Part shown: positions 62,641 through 64,000 of the stretch, piece by piece
How positions within the stretch are numbered: the first letter of the stretch is position 1
How the letters are laid out: each line of letters starts with the position of its first letter
Assembly (NCBI GenBank): GCA_038087875.1
Contig: CM075993.1
Span: 7,380,001-7,444,000 of the forward strand
Source: Malacoraja senta
Taxonomy: Eukaryota
Length of the DNA: 64,000 nucleotides
Direction: 5' to 3'
Program-made: the position numbers and the translations under genes
The notes under the pieces: model-generated
Databases searched by the model: none
What the model was told of the DNA's origin: nothing
What the model saw: the letters and a program-made list of their open reading frames with translations, nothing else

Positions 62641-64000
62641 TAAGAAGCCGGGTGGGAGGAGGTGTGGTCGATGCTAGCTGTGGGAGTCGTGGGTAAATGT
62701 CTGTGGATAGTCTGCCTTCTTTTATATCTGATTTCACCACAGTCCAATGTACCAAGTCAAGTCAAGGCACTTTTATTTCTATAGCACATTTAAAAAACAA
62801 CTTTCGTTGGCCAAAGTGCTTTACATTGGTGGAGGTACTAACGTTATACAACAGTGGTTCATAGATTTTAAAAACCATCACTACACGCATATAGCCCTCG
62901 CTCAGAGGACGTCAACAAAGGCTTGGGAGAAGAGATGAGTTTTACGTCTCGACTTAAAGGAGTCGATGGAGGGGGCGGTTCTGATGGGAAGAGGGATGCT
63001 GTTCCACAGTCTAGGTCAACCACACTTAAAAGCTTGTGTCTCCAGGCTGGAAATGCATTTCGTTTTTAAAATATAGACATTTTTTTAAGATGGTGCAAGC
63101 GATCACATCATCATCATCATCATCAACACAGCAGGAGGGACCTGTGCACATAACGCAAACTCCCTGTGGATCAGCTCGTTGCACCACACAGGCGGCCGAG
63201 TGTGTCAGCCTCACGGTCTGTGACAAGGACGAAGCTCGCATTGCCTGCGTCTTGCCAGGGATTTTGTTGCATTCAGGACATGACACCATTGTGCTCTCGC
63301 TACTCTGGCATTCTCAACGTGTCCCGCTTCCTGACCCGCAGACAGAGAGGAAAAGTGAGGGGGGAAACGAGACGTGCAAAAACAAGTCTGTGTATGCAGC
63401 ATTCAAAATGGAGAAAACAGGCTACTCCACTGTAAAAGCCTCATCATTTTACAGCCTCTACTGTCTGTGATTCATAAATGTGCCAGAAAGATCTAAGCAC
63501 CAATAATCTGTTAAACACACATTTTAACTGGTTTCAAACATTTAAGTACCAGATCATTTCCTCGAAGACAAAAGCACCGTTATCTCGGCTAACATTCTGA
63601 ACCAGTGTCACCTGCAATTTAATAAAAGAAACTCCTGCTTTAACGCCAGCTATTTATGCTGCATAAACCCAAACACAATTAATTTTGCTGTCAGTGTCTT
63701 TTGCACGGATTTGATTGCTTCACAGATAGCTGCTTTGCAAACTTAGAAACAAATGCATCTAAATTTCAGATTGTTTAGATAGATACAGCATGGAAACCGA
63801 GCCCTTGCCGACCATCGATCACCCACTCACACAAGTTCCATGTTATCAGAGGCACTGTTTACCGTACCTTTTCTTCAGAATAATGAATGAAGCCAACATT
63901 CTGCAGTACCTTAATTCAAACAAACTATTCTGAAGCCTTGACATATCAAACTGAGATCTGACAGCACTTGGTTGCATAGAGTGGTTGTGGAGAGGATGTT

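Noticed and set aside
63036..63470. 144-aa ORF in unique sequence
   Set aside because: No recognisable homology, antisense to the host gene, and no supporting splice or promoter evidence.
1..64000. CRISPR array, or any prokaryotic operon or defence system
   Set aside because: The recurring repeats are dispersed, inverted and irregularly spaced TE ends. The sequence is spliceosomal-intron DNA with no cas-like ORFs.
53599..64000. First coding exon (..[20 protein letters not shown])
   Set aside because: Not found. A ctaatctcag match near 55971 lacks a donor site and the upstream codons.

Overview
Eukaryotic, repeat-rich vertebrate DNA, most likely from a cartilaginous fish. This is inferred from HE1-type V-SINEs and their HER1/CR1 partner LINE tails; skate or ray is only a guess. 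The whole window lies inside one minus-strand gene, casein kinase 1 gamma (best match CSNK1G1). Four internal coding exons are present (53558-53598, 50012-50081, 17710-17861, 6935-7169; 41/70/152/235 nt), all GT-AG and joining in frame; the first coding exon and the downstream exons were not found. The introns are packed with transposon relics: 5'-truncated CR1, L2, Rex1 and RLE-type (HERO-like) LINEs, tRNA-derived SINEs, Penelope-like (PLE) RT and GIY-YIG fragments, and several DNA-transposon MITEs with readable TSDs. The most notable systems are: (1) dozens of about 140-280 bp fold-back mini-elements made of inverted PLE terminal repeats, often with a minimal hammerhead-ribozyme core and their own 12-16 bp TSDs; (2) a PIF/Harbinger-type MITE group sharing one terminus but with different interiors; (3) local templated duplications, including a 126-bp inverted pair bracketing the 70-nt exon. 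Almost all ORFs in the supplied track are repeat-derived or spurious. Repeat boundaries without TSDs are approximate.
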